This document shows positions 1 to 12,510 of a DNA stretch of 64,000 bases, piece after piece (position 1 is the first letter of the stretch; each line of letters begins with the position of its first letter). The position numbers were made by a program, and so were the translations under genes. The notes beneath the pieces are model-generated. The model was not told the DNA's origin, did no database searches, and saw nothing but the letters and a program-made list of their open reading frames with translations. Where the stretch lies: positions 2,978,001-3,042,000 of the forward strand of contig CM075998.1 in assembly GCA_038087875.1 (NCBI GenBank), read 5' to 3'. This DNA is from Malacoraja senta. Taxonomy: Eukaryota.

Positions 1-1737
1 TGGCAAATGCTCCCAAGCTCAATAAGGGCAGCGAGCACATGGGAACATATCCTGCTGATCCCTTGCCAACTCAAACACCATCCAACTTAGAAAAAGAATC
101 GCCATTCCTTCAATGCTGTTGAGCTTAAATCCTGAAACACCCTGCCCATCAATGCTGTCCAAATGCCTTCACCAGAATGCCTTCAGTACTTCAATGTGGC
201 TCACTGACATTTTCTCAAAGGCATTTAAGGATGGGCTACAAATGCTGATTTTGTCAATTTTTTAACCGTCTTCCACTAAAACAAAGTGAGACACAACATG
301 AGCAAATGTTTCAGTTGATGGAGGAGCTCAAAGCTCACGAATAAATGCAATTAAAAAAATAAAAGAGCTGTGTACAGGAAAAGGTTAAAATATGGATCGC
401 AGTGTGCCTGAGGCAAATAGAGATCAATTTAATACCCCTTGATTAATTTAAGGAGATGCCAGGTACATAAGAAAAAAAGACTAAGCCAACAAAACTATAC
501 AAAGTGCACTTATGTGGGGCAGAAACACCGGTAGAGATCTCTTCAACAGCACTAATAGTTCATTAAAATTGAGGAAGTAGTAGTAGTTTTATAAGCATTC
601 CAAAACATGTGATAACAATTTCAACTATGAAATGTTCAACAATTTAAGGACAATTATTGCAAGAGGAGACAAAAAGAGTTAATTGTGTCTTTTTCATACC
701 CTTTGCATGCACCATTTACTGCAAAAGGTGTGGAGATACACAAGATCAAATTCACTGTACACTTCAATTCTTTGTTCCCCCTAAATTAAGGTTCGAACAG
801 ATATACTGATCTTAAATAGATAGGATTTCATTTTGTAACACACAGGTTTAGCAGTATGCTGTCATGAGGGGAGGATCGAAATGAATAATAAACATGAAAC
901 TAAAGCATACTGCTGCAAATGTAAACGATTACATGGCACAGCGAGAAACATATGCAATTTTACGTTTTCAAACTAATACCCTGAAAATAAATTGCCATGA
1001 GCTACAATACCATCTACCGGCAAAGGTTGAGTCAAAATGATGGTCATGGATTTCAAATAAAAATTCACTTGCTGAAAAACAATAATCAACCTAATTACAC
1101 AATAAAACTCTCAACCTCTTGCATATTTACATATAGTAACACCTCACAGCTTTAATTTTACTTAAATACAAGTTTGTACCAATCACCAGTATCGTTGAAT
1201 TTACACAACAGGGATTAAAATAAACAAGGCCCTTCTTGCCAGCAAACACTGCACAGCATGCAATGCTGGACTGTCCCTGCACAAAAAAAAATGGTCTCAT
1301 ATACACATTACTTTTGGCACCCCACCACACAAAAAAGGATGTCCATTTTGCAAGCCACTCAAACTAACTACTGCACTTCCACGGAAAAAAAAACTTCCAT
1401 GTGAACCTACCTTTGAATACACAAGTGCAATCATTTCAGAACTGTTCCTAATTCAAACAGCAATAACAAAACAAAAGGTCACACAAAGTAATTGACCTGA
1501 CCTTATATGGCTTTGTGAAGGCCAATGCGAATTAAACTGGATTTCTCTATCCATTTCCAATGTTTATTTTTCCTCAAGGCATATATTGTTATTTACATAA
1601 TTCCGAAATAGCAACATTGTATTAACTTTATACTGCTTCAAGTCAGATTCCTGTTTTTTTTTTAAATCGCAACACTTTACACTTAACAAATTACAAACCG
1701 CCAAATTAGTAATCGATACCGACGGAAAACTATTTAC

Positions 1738-2105
1738 CTTATTGCTTGCCCTATTCCTATACCTCCCACACTCCGTAAATCTTGATGGAAATTCCCCACT
1801 GCATGGCTGATCCCATTCCTTGTATAGAAAGCTTTATGATCGACATTGGCCTCGGGCAGGAGGCTCCAGCTCGGGCCCCGGCCACTCCTCACTCACTCCG
1901 GGTTCGGCTTCACTGTTTCCTGTCTTGAAGTAATTAAAAACATTCAACAAAACTAAAGAGTAACGGTAATTGTAAAAGAAAAAGCCGTCTTCACTATAAC
2001 CTACAGAGGGGGAGGGGGGGGAAGAATACGAGAAAATGAAAAGTGAAGAGCAAAAACATCCAGAGGAGCGACGGAAACGTCATCACTTCCGTTCCGGTTA
2101 GAAAC
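1738..2105 (-). promoter_or_regulatory. promoter-like cluster and non-coding 5' exon of a minus-strand gene running off the left edge (possibly kmt2d)
   Basis: Minus strand reads CCGGAACGGAAGTGATGACGT (tandem ETS plus CRE half-site) at about 2068-2098. AAG|GTAAAT donor at 1738/1737. A possible acceptor also lies at 2001. Gene identity comes only from the KMT2D-RHEBL1-DHH order known in other vertebrates. Confidence 0.5.
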
Positions 2106-3849
2106 AGTGGCTCCCAAACGCCCGTTCCAGTTTAGGGGAAATGTTGAACAAAATTACAGCGATCATTATTTTAAACGGTTATTAAAAAAATATATAGAGT
2201 GCGTCTGAAAGGCATCTTAAATATCCAAATGAGTAGCGAAATCTGCAGATACAAACTGCAACGGATCAGTGCAATAAAATACCCAGTTCCGACAGAAAAC
2301 CCCATCCCATCCGTTTCGAAGTAAAACTGTGAACGTTTCAGTTCCCAAGACGGATCCCAAAAAATATTTAAACATATCCGACGAATAGCTATTCTTCGGG
2401 ATGTTAAAAAGATATTTAAATAGTAAGTGGCACATAAGTCCTAAAAGGCATGTACCAAAAAGTGAAACTAAACAGTGGAACACATGTCAATGAACTAAAA
2501 TCCAAGCAACACAAAGCACCTCGAACAAAAGGACGTATTGGAAACGATGGCTCAAATCTGAAACTCAACCGCAAATCGTATTTGCAAACAAAAAGTGTTC
2601 AGTTCGAAAATCGAATGAAACAGTACAGTTAAGCAGCAATAATACTCATCTCAAATTATATTTACGGCAATGTTAACAAACTCATTTAATATCAAACTCT
2701 CACTGCACTCTTAATTAAAGATAGTTTCCCTATCTCTTACCAGCCACAGAAATCGGAGTGTCTAAAAGATGATACATTAGGAAGCAGTGACCACATCTGT
2801 TTTTCCCACTTATGTTAAAACTAAATGTCTGCTTGGGGTCATCTTACCAGCATAAATAACTTGTGCATGATCCCTCAAATTCTAGCATAGATCATTCAAA
2901 GTATACACCATGTTGCAACCTCTGCGTCCCAATTGCAATGAGCCATTGCCCATTTACCCAATTGTTCTTCTATACCTCTGGATTAGCCCATCTAATTGTG
3001 TTGCTTTCACTATTCCACTTTCCATACACAAAAGTTTATCCAAACCTCCAGACCGCATTCTACGATCGGACCATGTACCATTCATCCGTCATCACAGTGC
3101 TTGCTAACACATATTGACGTCCAGACCAGCAACATAATTATAAAATTCTCATCCTTATCTTCAAATTCTTCAACTGTCTCATGGCTTTCCATTTCTATAA
3201 ACCCCTCAACTCAATAACGTCAAAAGAAACTGACCTATGCACATTCTACTTCCACTAACTCGGACCTCTTGCATTTCACACACCGTCTTTGCCCCACCAG
3301 TGTTGACCTAGTCTTCAGCTATCCAGACAAGTTTGCATTCTCCTTAGATCTTCTTTGCCACTTCATCTCACTCATCCTTAGAAAACCCTCCTTAAAATAT
3401 GCTTCTCTGCCAAGCTATTGGTTATCTGTCCAAATATTTCACTCTGGTTCAGTTTTGACTTGAGAGTATGCTGTGAAGCAATTTAGCAATTTTCTAACTT
3501 AAGGCATTAAAAAAAAAATTGCAAACAGACGACATTTTCTCATACCAATTTTATCCTGATTTATTCCCACTTTTCTAGAAATCTAAAGCAAAGTTAACCT
3601 ACAACGATTTTTTTAATTTCAGGATTGAGGAAAAATCCCAATTACTGCCGCTTTGCTAGTTAGATGGGACCACGTGGAGCAAGAGGGCATAAAGAGAACT
3701 AAAGATGAGAAAATTATCTAAACTTCTGTTTAATTTTACATTTTGTCAACCTTGGATTGTAGAATCTCAAATGTAAATGGGGTTTTCCAAATGCTGTTCT
3801 TCAAGCCAAGATGCAATGTTATTTTCCTTTTCCTCATCATTGTGGATAT

Positions 3850-3903
3850 GGGGTGGAAGATTGCAACCTTCACGTGGTCCGCCATGTTTCGACTAATGCA
3901 ATC
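3850..3903 (+). ncRNA. predicted minimal HDV-like self-cleaving ribozyme
   Basis: P1 GGGGTGG/CCGCCAT (one mismatch), P2 GATTGCA/TGCAATC, P3 ACC/GGT, L3 TTCACGT, mini-P4 T(TTCG)A, J4/2 CTAA. Confidence 0.72.
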
Positions 3904-3988
3904 AACTCGACGTGCACAAACGGAAGATCAAATAGAACAAGTTGTCCAACAACTTTAGGCTGTGCACGCCACACGAAAGATGAAGAAG
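3850..3988 (+). mobile_element. short retroposon with 5' minimal HDV-like ribozyme fold and (GAA)n tail, copy 1
   Basis: TSD ATTGTGGATAT(G) at 3839-3850 and 3989-4000. Homologous to 49538-49667 and 52066-52211. Confidence 0.85.
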
Positions 3989-4677
3989 ATTGTGGATATG
4001 TAGGGAAATTCCTCCAAAAGATCTTCACTTGGTCAGATTTTCCAAAGCTTAGTCTGCTCTGAACATAAAAATATGCCAGTTCAAACACCACCTGCAATAA
4101 TTATTTTATTTGAATTAAGGTTTGTAGAAGATTTACACTAAATCTTGGGGGTGCATTTAGTGCGCCCTCCAATACTAGTTCGATTTCAAAACAGCCACCC
4201 ACACAAACCATAGCTAAATTTCAAGTTTTCAATGGAATACAAATTGTATAAACAAAATATCAAGATAACAGCCGTGAAAAAGTTTGTGTAAACAGCCAAC
4301 TAAATATGGTAAGCGGTAAGAAATGGAGATGGCTAATAACAAGTTATCAACTAAAAGCTGAAAACGTACAGAGATTTTTGGAAAACCAACATAATTATGG
4401 TGGAATTTCAACATTGTAGCAAAGTGGCCAGAACACAAATTGGAAAGGAGCATAATATGGTACACATCTTGAAGCCATGTTTTTGGCATTTGCTTTAAGT
4501 CACCTGGCATCGTTATAAATGCCCAAATTCACATTTGTCATGGGGTTTGAGTGTGTGAAACAGTAACTCTGATTCCAAATTAAAATATTTTTTGAAATAT
4601 TTCTTTCGCCAATTTCCCCTCATTAGTTTCTAATTTCAGAAAAAAAAAAATTAGTAAGCAACAAATATAAATGACAA

Positions 4678-4771
4678 GGTAAACAAAAATGCTGGAGAAA
4701 CTCAGCAGGTGAGGCAGCATCTATGGAGCAAAGGAATAGGTGACGTTTCGGGTCGAGACCCTTCTTCAGAC
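4678..4771 (-). mobile_element. Penelope-derived single-arm insertion with intact minimal hammerhead motif
   Basis: TSD ATGACAA at 4671-4677 and 4772-4778. Minus strand reads GTCTGAAGAAGGGTCTCGACCCGAAACGTCACC. Confidence 0.8.
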
Positions 4772-5682
4772 ATGACAATATCATTTTGCACAGCAAAGTG
4801 CCTTATAAAAAATTCAAAGATATTTCACTCTAATTTTTTTTTACCATGATTTGAATTTGACGTATAAAATATGAGCACATACAATGTTCACAATTTTCCA
4901 ATATTTAACCCTCAACTAACATAGTTATACTGATCATTTAATCACACTGTTATTTAGATGCTGCCTGACCTGCTGAGTGTTCCCAGCATTCTGTTTTTAT
5001 TTCAAATTTCAATCACCTGCAATTTTGGGATTTTTAGTTAGCGATCAAGCAGGCTGCTTTGGCCAAGATTTTGTACTCATTGAAACAAGTGAAGAGTATT
5101 CCATCACATTCGTGACTTGCAGATAGTAAAAAGACACGGGGCAAAGGTGATGAATCACTTGCTGCAGGATACCCAGCCTTTATATGCTTTTGTAACTGTG
5201 ACATTTATGTAACCAATCTTTTCAGTTTCTGCAATCTGATGATTCTCAGGATATTGATGATGGGGGACTGGCAATGGTAATGCCACTTAACATCCAGGGT
5301 AAATACAGCCAAGACTGACCTAATGAGCCAAGTGGGCTTCCTCCGTACTGTGATTATTGCAATACCATAATAGCTGCCACTATTAAAAGATATGCATTAT
5401 GTAAATATCTTAGTATTTCACACAAATTAATTATTATGAAATGCAATGATGCATGTAAGAAAATGTATTAATGAGATGGACCAGTTAATCTCTTTTTGGT
5501 AAAAATATTGCTCTGAATCTTGAATTATTAATATCTACTCATTAAAACAGACAACACATGAAACTTACTTAATACTGTATCACTGGAAGATTATAGGGGT
5601 TGCAGGGTTCTGGTTTTGGTGATGCCTGCTCAAGATGGAACTTGGGTAGATTCATAAAAAGACCAATAGCCAAAGCAATCTA

Positions 5683-7313
5683 CAGTGCCCTCCATAATGT
5701 TTGGGACAAAGACCCATCATATATTTATTTGCCTCTGTTCTCCACAATTCGAGATTTGTAACAGAAAAAAAACACATGTGCACATTGTCAGATTTTATTA
5801 AAGGCCATTTTTATACATTTTGCTTTCACCATGTAGAAATTGCAGCTGTATTTATACATAGTCTCTCCCCTCCCCCTCATTTCAGGGCACCTTAATGTTT
5901 GGGACACATGGCTTCACAGGTGTTTGTAATTGCTCAGGTGTGTTTAATTGCCTCCTTAATGCAGGTACAAGAGAGCTCTCAGCACCTAGTCTTTCCATCA
6001 CCTTTCGAAACGTTTATTGCTGTTTATCAACATGAGGACCAAAGTTGTACCAATGAAAGTTAAAGAAGCCATTTATGAGACTGAGAAACAAGAATAAAAC
6101 TGTTAGAGACATCAGCCAAACCTTAGGCTTACCAAAATCAACCGTTTGGAACATCATTAAGATGAACGAGAGCACTGGTGAGCTTACTATTCGCATAGGG
6201 ACTGGCAGGCCAAGGAAGACCTCCACAGCTGATGACAGAAGAATTCTCTCTATAATAAATAAAAATCCCCAAACACCTGTCCGACAGATCAGAAACACTC
6301 TTCGGGAGTCAGGTGTTGATTTGTCAATGACCACTGTCTGCAGAAGACTTCATGAACAGAAATACAGAAGCTACACTGCAAGATGCAAACCACTGGTTAG
6401 CCGCAAAAATAGGATGGCCTGGTTACAGTTTGCCAAGAAGTTCTTAAAAGAGCAACCACAGTTCTGGAAAAAGGTCTTGTGGACAGATGAGACGAAGATT
6501 AACTTATATCAGAGTGATGGCAAGAGCAAAGTATGGAGGAGAGAAGGAACTGCCCAAGATCCAAAGCATACCACCTCATCTGTGAAACACAGTGGTGCAG
6601 GGGGTTATGGCCTGGGCATGTATGGCTGCTGAAGATACTGGCTCACTTATCTTCATTGATGATACAACTGCTGATGGTAGTAGCATAATGAATTCTGAAT
6701 TGTACAGACACATCCTACCTGCTCAAGTTCAAACCAATGCCTCAAAACTCATTTGCCAGCAAGACAATGATCCCAAACATACTGCTAAAGCAACAAAGGA
6801 GTTTTTCCAAGCTAAAAGATGGTCAATTCTTGAGTGGCCAAGTCAATCACCCGATCTGAACCCAATTGAGCATGCCTTTTATATGCTGAAGAGAAAACTG
6901 AAGGGGACTAGCCCCCAAAACAAACATAAGCTAAAGATGGCTGCAATACCGGCCTGGCAGAGGATCACCAGAGAAGACACCCAGCAACTGGTGATGTCCA
7001 TGAATCGCAGACTTCAAGCACTCATTGCATGCAAAGGATATGCAACAAAATACTAAACATGACTACTTCCATTTACATTACATTGCTGTGTCCCAAACAT
7101 TCTGGTGACCTGAAATGGGGGGGGACTATGTTTAAACACTGCTGTAATTTCTACATGGTGAAACCAAAATGTATAAAAATGGCCTTTATTAAAATCTGAC
7201 AATGTGCACTTTAACCACATGCGTTTTTTTACTATTACCAATCTCAAATTGTGGATTACAGAGGCAAATAAGTAAATGATGGGTCTTTGACCTAAACATT
7301 ATGGAGAGCACTG
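5683..7313 (+). mobile_element. full-length Tc1-family (DD34E) DNA transposon
   Basis: TA...TA flanks and about 220-bp terminal inverted repeats (TIRs) starting CAGTGCCCTCCATAATGTTTGGGAC. Internal transposase. Confidence 0.96.
6032..7056 (+). pseudogene. Tc1 transposase, frameshifted
   Basis: GRPRK, WTDETK, QQDNDPKH and SPDLNPIE motifs, with 34 residues between D and E. Frameshifts near 6074 and 6597 and an apparent short deletion before QQDND. Confidence 0.93.
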
Positions 7314-9992
7314 TACATAGGTGCAGAAAACATACAAATGTAGCATTTTCTTTCAGGTCGGTTGTGGGGTTAAGAAGTCCATGTACAGAAATTACTAAAA
7401 CCTGTACATGGGCTAATGGTAGGCTAACATCTATCTCCAAGGTATCACATTCAGTCTATGCCAACTCTCAATCCCAATCCCATATTTCCCTTTAACCTGA
7501 TATTTCATGCATGTCAATTAATACCTCCCCGATTCTCCCAATAGGTAATGGACACAACAACCAGCATGCCTTTGGGATGCGGGAGGAAACCAGAGAATCC
7601 TTGCAGTCACAGGGAGAACGTGCAAACTCTACGAAGATAGCACCATTTTGCTGAAATTGTGAGGCAAGTGTAGTACCTTGCCTGTGCCACCCATGAATGT
7701 TACCTAATCATTTTGTAACAAGTTTACTGCATAGACAAGATGAGAAACAAAGCCATCTTGCAAACTTGTTTCATGTATTTTGTGTTTTTTGATTGTTAGC
7801 AGACCAATTTCCCTCCCGGGATAAATAAAGTTCTATCATATCGTATAGTTGATGGACTCGCAGATCTGCACTGCTCGGATCCATTCCTACTCATTTACCT
7901 TTCAGTTCCAGCTTAGTTGTCGTGAAATTATGCCTTCCTCTACACAACTGATCAGATCCATGGCAATAGTCTCATCCATTGAATTGGAAGTAACTTCTAA
8001 ATGCGGACAGATGAAATCAAATACATATTAGCCATTTTCTAATCGAATGCCACAAGAGGTCAGAGGAGCTAAATGGCCTATGCCAGTTCAAAATAGTTAT
8101 TTCTTGTTCATTTGATTTCCAATTTTTTTTTAAAGTCTGCTGTTTTGTTAACGCTTCTCAAATTGCTGCACGTTTCAAATCTTTGAGCAAACAATTTTGG
8201 TATATGAGAACGAGACTATCAATAACATTATTCAGAAACTCAGGTGGGCAAAAATCTCTTTCTTCCACTGTAATGAAAGCACAGTGGAATATTGAAATTG
8301 GAAACCTCAGTCTTTTGGAAAAGCCTACAATTAGTTCAATATTAGCATCATAGAAATTGTTAATAGGACACAGGGTGTCATCACAGAACTATTCAATCCA
8401 GTCCCACTTTTCATCTTTTAGACTATAGCCTTGAAAGTAACAGCACAAAGTGGCCCTGCAAGTAATTTGTGAATGGAATGAAGGCTTATGTTTCCAGCAT
8501 CCTTTCAGGTAGTGAATTCCAGGTCGCCAGCACCCGTAGTAAAAACTCTCAACTCTCTTCGATTCCTTCTTTAATCTGCATTTTCCCTTAAATCACTAAT
8601 TTCTCCATGAAGGAAAAATGGATCCTTTCTAGTCAATCCAATCAGGTTTCTGTATTTGATATACCTCAATTCAATCTCCATTCCAAAAAGAAACCTCAAG
8701 CCAACAACTACTTCAAAAGCAACATTTTCCACTCCAGCAATGTCTCTGTAAATCAAGTGTCTTATTACAAGCATGATGGTAAGTGTCCAGTTTCTCTTAA
8801 CCACCTTACTCATTTGTCCTGCTACCTTCAGGAATATGTGGATGTGCCATCCAATTCCATTACTCTTCTCAGTATTAGGTATTCCCTTGCCTTGATTTTT
8901 CTTTCACACTTCTCTGAATGCTTTCCATTTGTTACTACTTTGCATATTTGAGATCTATTAGCATCTTCCTGCAGCTTACATTTTATTTTCTTACTATTTC
9001 ACAGTGAACTTTTGTATCATCAGCAAACTTAATAGCTGCTCCTACATATATTTCCAAAATCAATAAGAAAGTCAAGGGACAACACTGAGCCCTACGAAAA
9101 TCTGATGCAAACAATGTTCCAAATCACCAAAACATCAGTCAACAATTACCCTATTAAACGCTAGTGAGGTTTCTAAATCCAAATTCTAGAATGAAATTTC
9201 AAAGTGGAAGCCACTTTCAGAGCACCACAATATTGTACTACAAAATCCTGACATTAAACTATCCAACACAAATGCATAATCAACTCCCAATATGCCCAAT
9301 CCAAATACAACCAGACACTTGCTCACCAAAGCTTATATGCATGTAACAATCTGTGACAAAGTATATCTTTTTACCAAATTTGTTTCTTCAACTTTCACGT
9401 ATGATTTCAGGCCCCAATTTCAGATACATTGGTCAAGGCAATTTTATCCAGTACCAACATAAGAAACGTGCTGATCCATCTCAGGATAGAAGATTGAAAA
9501 AGTTGCTGTCCCAAATGTCCAAGTCTAATCTGTTAAAATATAGCTGTATTACATATGGGAAGCCTTGGAACCACAATAATGGTTTAGGCAGGCCACAAAC
9601 AAGGCAGAACTACATTTCCCCATTGATTATTATGTACAACAAGCAGCGGGTATCAAATAAGTTTAGTGCTTCAATTCAAAATTTCATAACAATGCTAATG
9701 ATAACTTTCTTAAGAGTCTCTTGGCTCAATTATTTATACACAAGACATCAGTATAAAAGAAAGGACAAGTGATTGAGCTGCTTGTCCACAAGGGCCAGAT
9801 TGCTGGGGTTCAGTAGCCATTTCTATCTTTATGGTACTGCTTGAATATTCTTCCACTAGTTTGGGAAATTAATCCTCATGTTTACACCCACCTCCCCTTA
9901 GCTTTTTTTCCCTTTTAATCAGCTATTAATCTAGATAACCCTCCATGTGAAAATGTCCTAACTTTAGCATTGAAATCTTATGAACAATGGCC

Positions 9993-10929
9993 AATCAATA
10001 ATGGTAGTGTGGATCAAAACCTTGATCAATGAGTTGGATTTTATGGATGCTCTTAAAGGAGAGGAACATTGTTAAGTGAAGGAATTTGATTTTGGAGCCA
10101 AGATGGCTGATGATGGGGTAAAGAGAGAAGGGAGAATGGCCTGTTGAGACATCAAGTTGTAATAAAATCTGATTCTTGGGAGTAATTGGGATGGAAAAAT
10201 GGCCTCACCCATATTTTCCATCTCTTTCCCAATTCATTTTTTTTGTGCTCCCCTATCCATGAATACATTCATCCAACCTCTCCTGCCAGCATTTCCAACC
10301 AGTCACTATGAATAGAACTGATTTGTGTAGTGGAACTTAACTAATCTAATTTATTTGATGTTACTAAGGGGTACAATATAGTCAGTGTCAATCACAGATT
10401 CCTGGACAATCCTCGGCATTTCCTGGGAGTAGGAAGGGAATTGGCTACCAGTAAAAAAAACCTGCAGACATCATGCTAAGTTTCTAATACAGTATCCTCT
10501 CCATTACAAAGACCTTTTATTTTTTATTTGTAATAATTCCAATCTCTTATCTCCTTCAGTTCTTTTGTCTAAACCTTCATCCATCCTTTGTCATCTCTAA
10601 GCTTAACTATTCCCACGCTTTCCTGGCCAGCCTCTCATCCTCCACAAAAGCTGCTATATCCTAATTCCACAAAGTATAATCCACACCCAAAACAAAAACA
10701 CCTACCCTGATATTCAAGCCTCTTCATAGCCTCATGCCTCCAAACTTGTCTTGCCCTTCAACTCTCCAAAATCTCTAGCTGGTTGGGCTCCCATCTCTCT
10801 TTACCCCATCATCAGCCATCTTGGCTCCAAAATCAAATTCCTTCTCTTAAAAATGTTCCTCTCCTTTAAGAACATCCATAAAATCCAACTCATTGATCAA
10901 GGTTTTGATCCACATTACCATTATTGATT
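9993..10929. repeat. long inverted repeat, about 142-bp arms (9993-10134 and 10788-10929)
   Basis: Arms are reverse complements with only a few mismatches. Spacer about 650 bp. Confidence 0.9.
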
Positions 10930-10998
10930 TGTTTTGAATCTCAAAGTTGAATTTGATTCAATTGTGCTTCTGCAAAGTGTGTTTTTTATATATTAAAC

Positions 10999-11294
10999 AC
11001 CCATCATTTATTTATTTGCCTCTGTACTCCACAATTTGAGATTTGTAATAGAAAAAATCATTATATCCCAAACATTATGGGGCCCTGAAATGGGGGGGGG
11101 GGGGGGGGGTACTATAACACTGCTGTAATTTCTACATGGTGAAACCAAAATGTATAAAAATGGCCTTTAATAAAATCTGACAATGTGCACTTTAACCACA
11201 TGTGATTTTTTTCTATTACAAATGTCAAATTGTGGAGTACAGCGGCAAATAAATAAATGATGGGTCTTTGTCCCAAACATTATGGAGTGCACTG
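10999..11294 (+). mobile_element. internally deleted derivative of the same Tc1 element
   Basis: Partial left TIR fused to a complete right TIR ending GCACTG|TA. Confidence 0.88.
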
Positions 11295-11643
11295 TATGTA
11301 TGTATATATGCATTATTTTTCCAAATAAACATCAACTACAGCTGATTATCACAACCCTGTAATTCTCACAATAATTTTAACACCTCAAATACTAGCCCAA
11401 CTTAAGTTCACAATTTAGGCACACACCAATCCAGGAATTGAACTTTTGACCTTGTTAGTACAGATTAGAAACACATTAGACACTGCCTTTACTATCAAGT
11501 GAAATCTAACAATAGACACTACAATCTTCATAAAGGCTTCCTACCACCAATAGAACTTCAAAACCTGAAAAATATTTCTCATCCCTTTGATGCTTTATTT
11601 CATTTCTCCATTATGTGGACCAACTTTTTTTATTCTTACACTA

Positions 11644-12510
11644 CAAGAGAGAGAAAGAGACAAGAGACATTTATTTGTCACATGCACCAATTGGTACAGT
11701 GAAATGTGTGGTCACCATACAGCCATACGAATCAAAAAGAGCACAGAACACGATAGTCTTTAACATAGACATCCCCACACAGCGGAATCAAAGTTTCCCA
11801 CTGTGATGTAAGGCACCAAAGTTCAGTCATCCTCCTCGGTTGTTCACCCGTGGTCGGGGGGCTCCTGAACCCCTTGCTGTCGCCACTACGGGCGGCCCGA
11901 TGTTCAGGCCCTCTCGCCGGGATGATGGAACTCCGACGTCGGAACGGGAGAACATTCTCAGCGGCTTGGACTACCGAATCGGCCACTTCCTACCGGAGTC
12001 CGCGGCTCCCGAAGTCCACAGGCCGAGCTGGGCGGAGATTCACGCTGGCGGCCCTCGGCAAGGGGATCCCAGGACTCCGCGATGTTGAAGTCAGCGCCGC
12101 CCGCGCTGGGAGCTCTACAAACCACAGCTCCGCAATGTTGAAGCAGCAGGCCCAACACTCCGGAGCTTCTAATGGCGATCCAGGTAAGGCATCGTCCGCT
12201 CCGCGGTGAATCCAGTGCTGCACCGCTGCTGAAGCTTTGGTCCGGACCCCGGCAAGAAAGGCCGCGACAATCCAGTTGGTAGGCCGCGAGGGGGGGGGCG
12301 GGCGGGCAAAGATGCGACTCGGAGAATAGTCACATCCTCACCAGGAAGTGACTGAAAAACGGTTTCCCCTTTACCCTACCCCCCTTCCCCACATAGAAAT
12401 ACTAAAAAAATCCTCCAACAGGTACTTTTAAACAAACTAAAAATAAAAAAGATAGAAAAACAGACAGACTGTAGGCAGAGGCTGCCATCAATGCGGCACC
12501 CCTAGTGGAT
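11644..12510 (-). mobile_element. non-autonomous GC-rich retroposon with Rex1-type 3' end
   Basis: CpG-rich body. Minus-strand end TTTCACTGTACCAATTGGTGCATGTGACAAATAAA plus (TCTTG)n-like tail, shared with many short fragments in the window. Confidence 0.6.

Noticed and set aside
1..1737. kmt2d coding exons
   Set aside because: No recognisable KMT2D peptide, so the gene symbol was left blank.
11732..12223. GC-rich overlapping ORFs as a host exon or CpG-island gene
   Set aside because: They lie inside a retroposon-like element and give no recognisable protein.
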